Below are positions 63,235 through 64,000 of a stretch of 64,000 bases of DNA, in pieces; the first letter of the stretch is position 1, and each line of letters opens with the position of its first letter. This stretch comes from a virus (taxonomy: Duplodnaviria; Heunggongvirae; Uroviricota; Caudoviricetes), in IMG/VR virus record IMGVR_UViG_3300050821_010409, positions 30,160 through 94,159 of that record; one strand, given 5' to 3'. Made by a program: the position numbers and the translations under genes. The notes under the pieces were generated by a model that searched no databases, was not told the origin of the DNA, and saw only the letters and a list, made by a program, of their open reading frames with translations.

Positions 63235-63930
63235 TCATCCGCCAGCCTCCATCCCGGTGGGGGTGCGCAGGCCGGCGCCGGCGAGCAGGATGCGAGCGGC
63301 GTCCCGGGCAGCCGGGTCGGCCATGGCGCGCAGCCAGCCTTGCGGGGTGCTTCCGGTCAGCTCGTGCAGTCCCGGGACGGCATCGCGCAGCAGCGCCATG
63401 AGGGCCGGCTGGGGCATGAGCGCCAGGGGCATCCCGTCTTTCGCCGCCAGGGCGCCGGACTGGCTGGCGTATGCCTGGCACCCGGTCACGGGCTGGCCGT
63501 CCAGCAGCACCGGGCAGGCAGCGGGCACCGGCACCCGGTCGTAGCCTGGCTCGGTGGCGTCCATGAGGACCACTTCAGTAGGGGTGAGCCAGGTGATGTG
63601 CAGGGTGCAGGCTGCTCCTGGCACCAGGACCGGGGTGGCGGGCACGATGCCGGTGCGGCCGACGTGCGCGCAGTGCCCGGAGATCAGCCCTGTGACGAGC
63701 ACCCGCGTGAGCGGGATGGCGTGCGCGGTGCCGCGGAACTTGCGCCGCAGCTGCGCCGCGCACGCGTTGGAGCCGACGGCCAGCACGGGGCACCTGCCGT
63801 ATAGCGGCAGCGCGCCCGCGTCCGGGACCGGGATCACGGCGCCCGGGGTGATGAGGGTGAACGGCGCTTGCGGGGGAATTCCCGGGTAGGTAAGGGGAAA
63901 CGCTAGCGGGCTGTCATCGACGGGGATCAT
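63235..63930 (-). CDS. hypothetical protein (possible GGCT/AIG2-like fold; ..LAVGSNA..)
   Basis: RBS AAAAAGAAGG; weak motif resemblance only. Confidence 0.4.
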   Translation of the reverse strand: MIPVDDSPLAFPLTYPGIPPQAPFTLITPGAVIPVPDAGALPLYGRCPVLAVGSNACAAQLRRKFRGTAHAIPLTRVLVTGLISGHCAHVGRTGIVPATPVLVPGAACTLHITWLTPTEVVLMDATEPGYDRVPVPAACPVLLDGQPVTGCQAYASQSGALAAKDGMPLALMPQPALMALLRDAVPGLHELTGSTPQGWLRAMADPAARDAARILLAGAGLRTPTGMEAGG

Positions 63931-64000
63931 GGCGGGCCTTCTTTTTCGTGTTCAGGTGCTGGGGTACGTGGTGAAAGGACGATCGGCCAGTCATCCATGG

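Noticed and set aside
1-64000. Integrase, attachment-site and tRNA features that would show whether this is an integrated prophage.
   Set aside because: No tyrosine or serine recombinase motifs and no tRNA-like cloverleaf were recognised by eye. Absence within this window is not evidence of a lytic lifestyle.

Overview
High-GC (~70%) actinobacterial phage or prophage DNA with an organisation typical of Streptomyces-like actinophages. 1-7 kb carries glycine-rich minor tail / tail-fibre genes. 7-12 kb is a lysis-like cassette: holin-like membrane protein, HIT protein, secreted SLT transglycosylase, NlpC/P60 peptidase. 12-17 kb has small regulators: an XRE HTH and two DUF397 proteins. 17-45 kb is a long rightward block of mostly small, translationally coupled genes. 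It includes a Cas4/RecB-like exonuclease interrupted by a LAGLIDADG intein, a ParB-like nuclease, paralogous HTH proteins, an SNF2 helicase, GNAT, SPFH/band-7, a RuvC-like resolvase, PadR, a SAM methyltransferase and an HNH-RecD-like helicase. 48.9-53.4 kb is a giant primase-helicase-PolA replicase. A second lysin with a PG-binding domain, NUDIX and HNH genes follow. A bidirectional terminator at ~56.03 kb precedes a leftward operon of ~24 small genes (56-64 kb). The outstanding feature is a complete-looking, adaptation-less type V CRISPR-Cas locus inside this phage-like genome. A 528-aa TnpB/Cas12-like RuvC nuclease (45242-46828), driven by the phage's own leaderless-promoter motif, is followed by an AT-richer leader and a 22-repeat CRISPR array (46961-48512; 36-bp repeat CTGGCAATGCCTGCGCAGAGGCAAGAGAACTGCGAC, 35-39-bp spacers). 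Nine further solitary copies of the same repeat are scattered from 17.3 to 53.6 kb, each in the transcribed orientation of its neighbourhood. They either directly abut start codons or sit in-frame inside ORFs, always in the frame reading (M/V)PAQ(R/G)QENCD. Other families seen by eye: a ~30-bp junction element (encoding ...RARKLTMAEL*) at five consecutive gene ends, a conserved AT-rich leaderless-promoter motif family, an ori-like iteron/palindrome cluster inside the replicase gene, and CCAGCC-rich satellite tracts. Everything rests on reading the sequence and the ORF track; no database search was possible.
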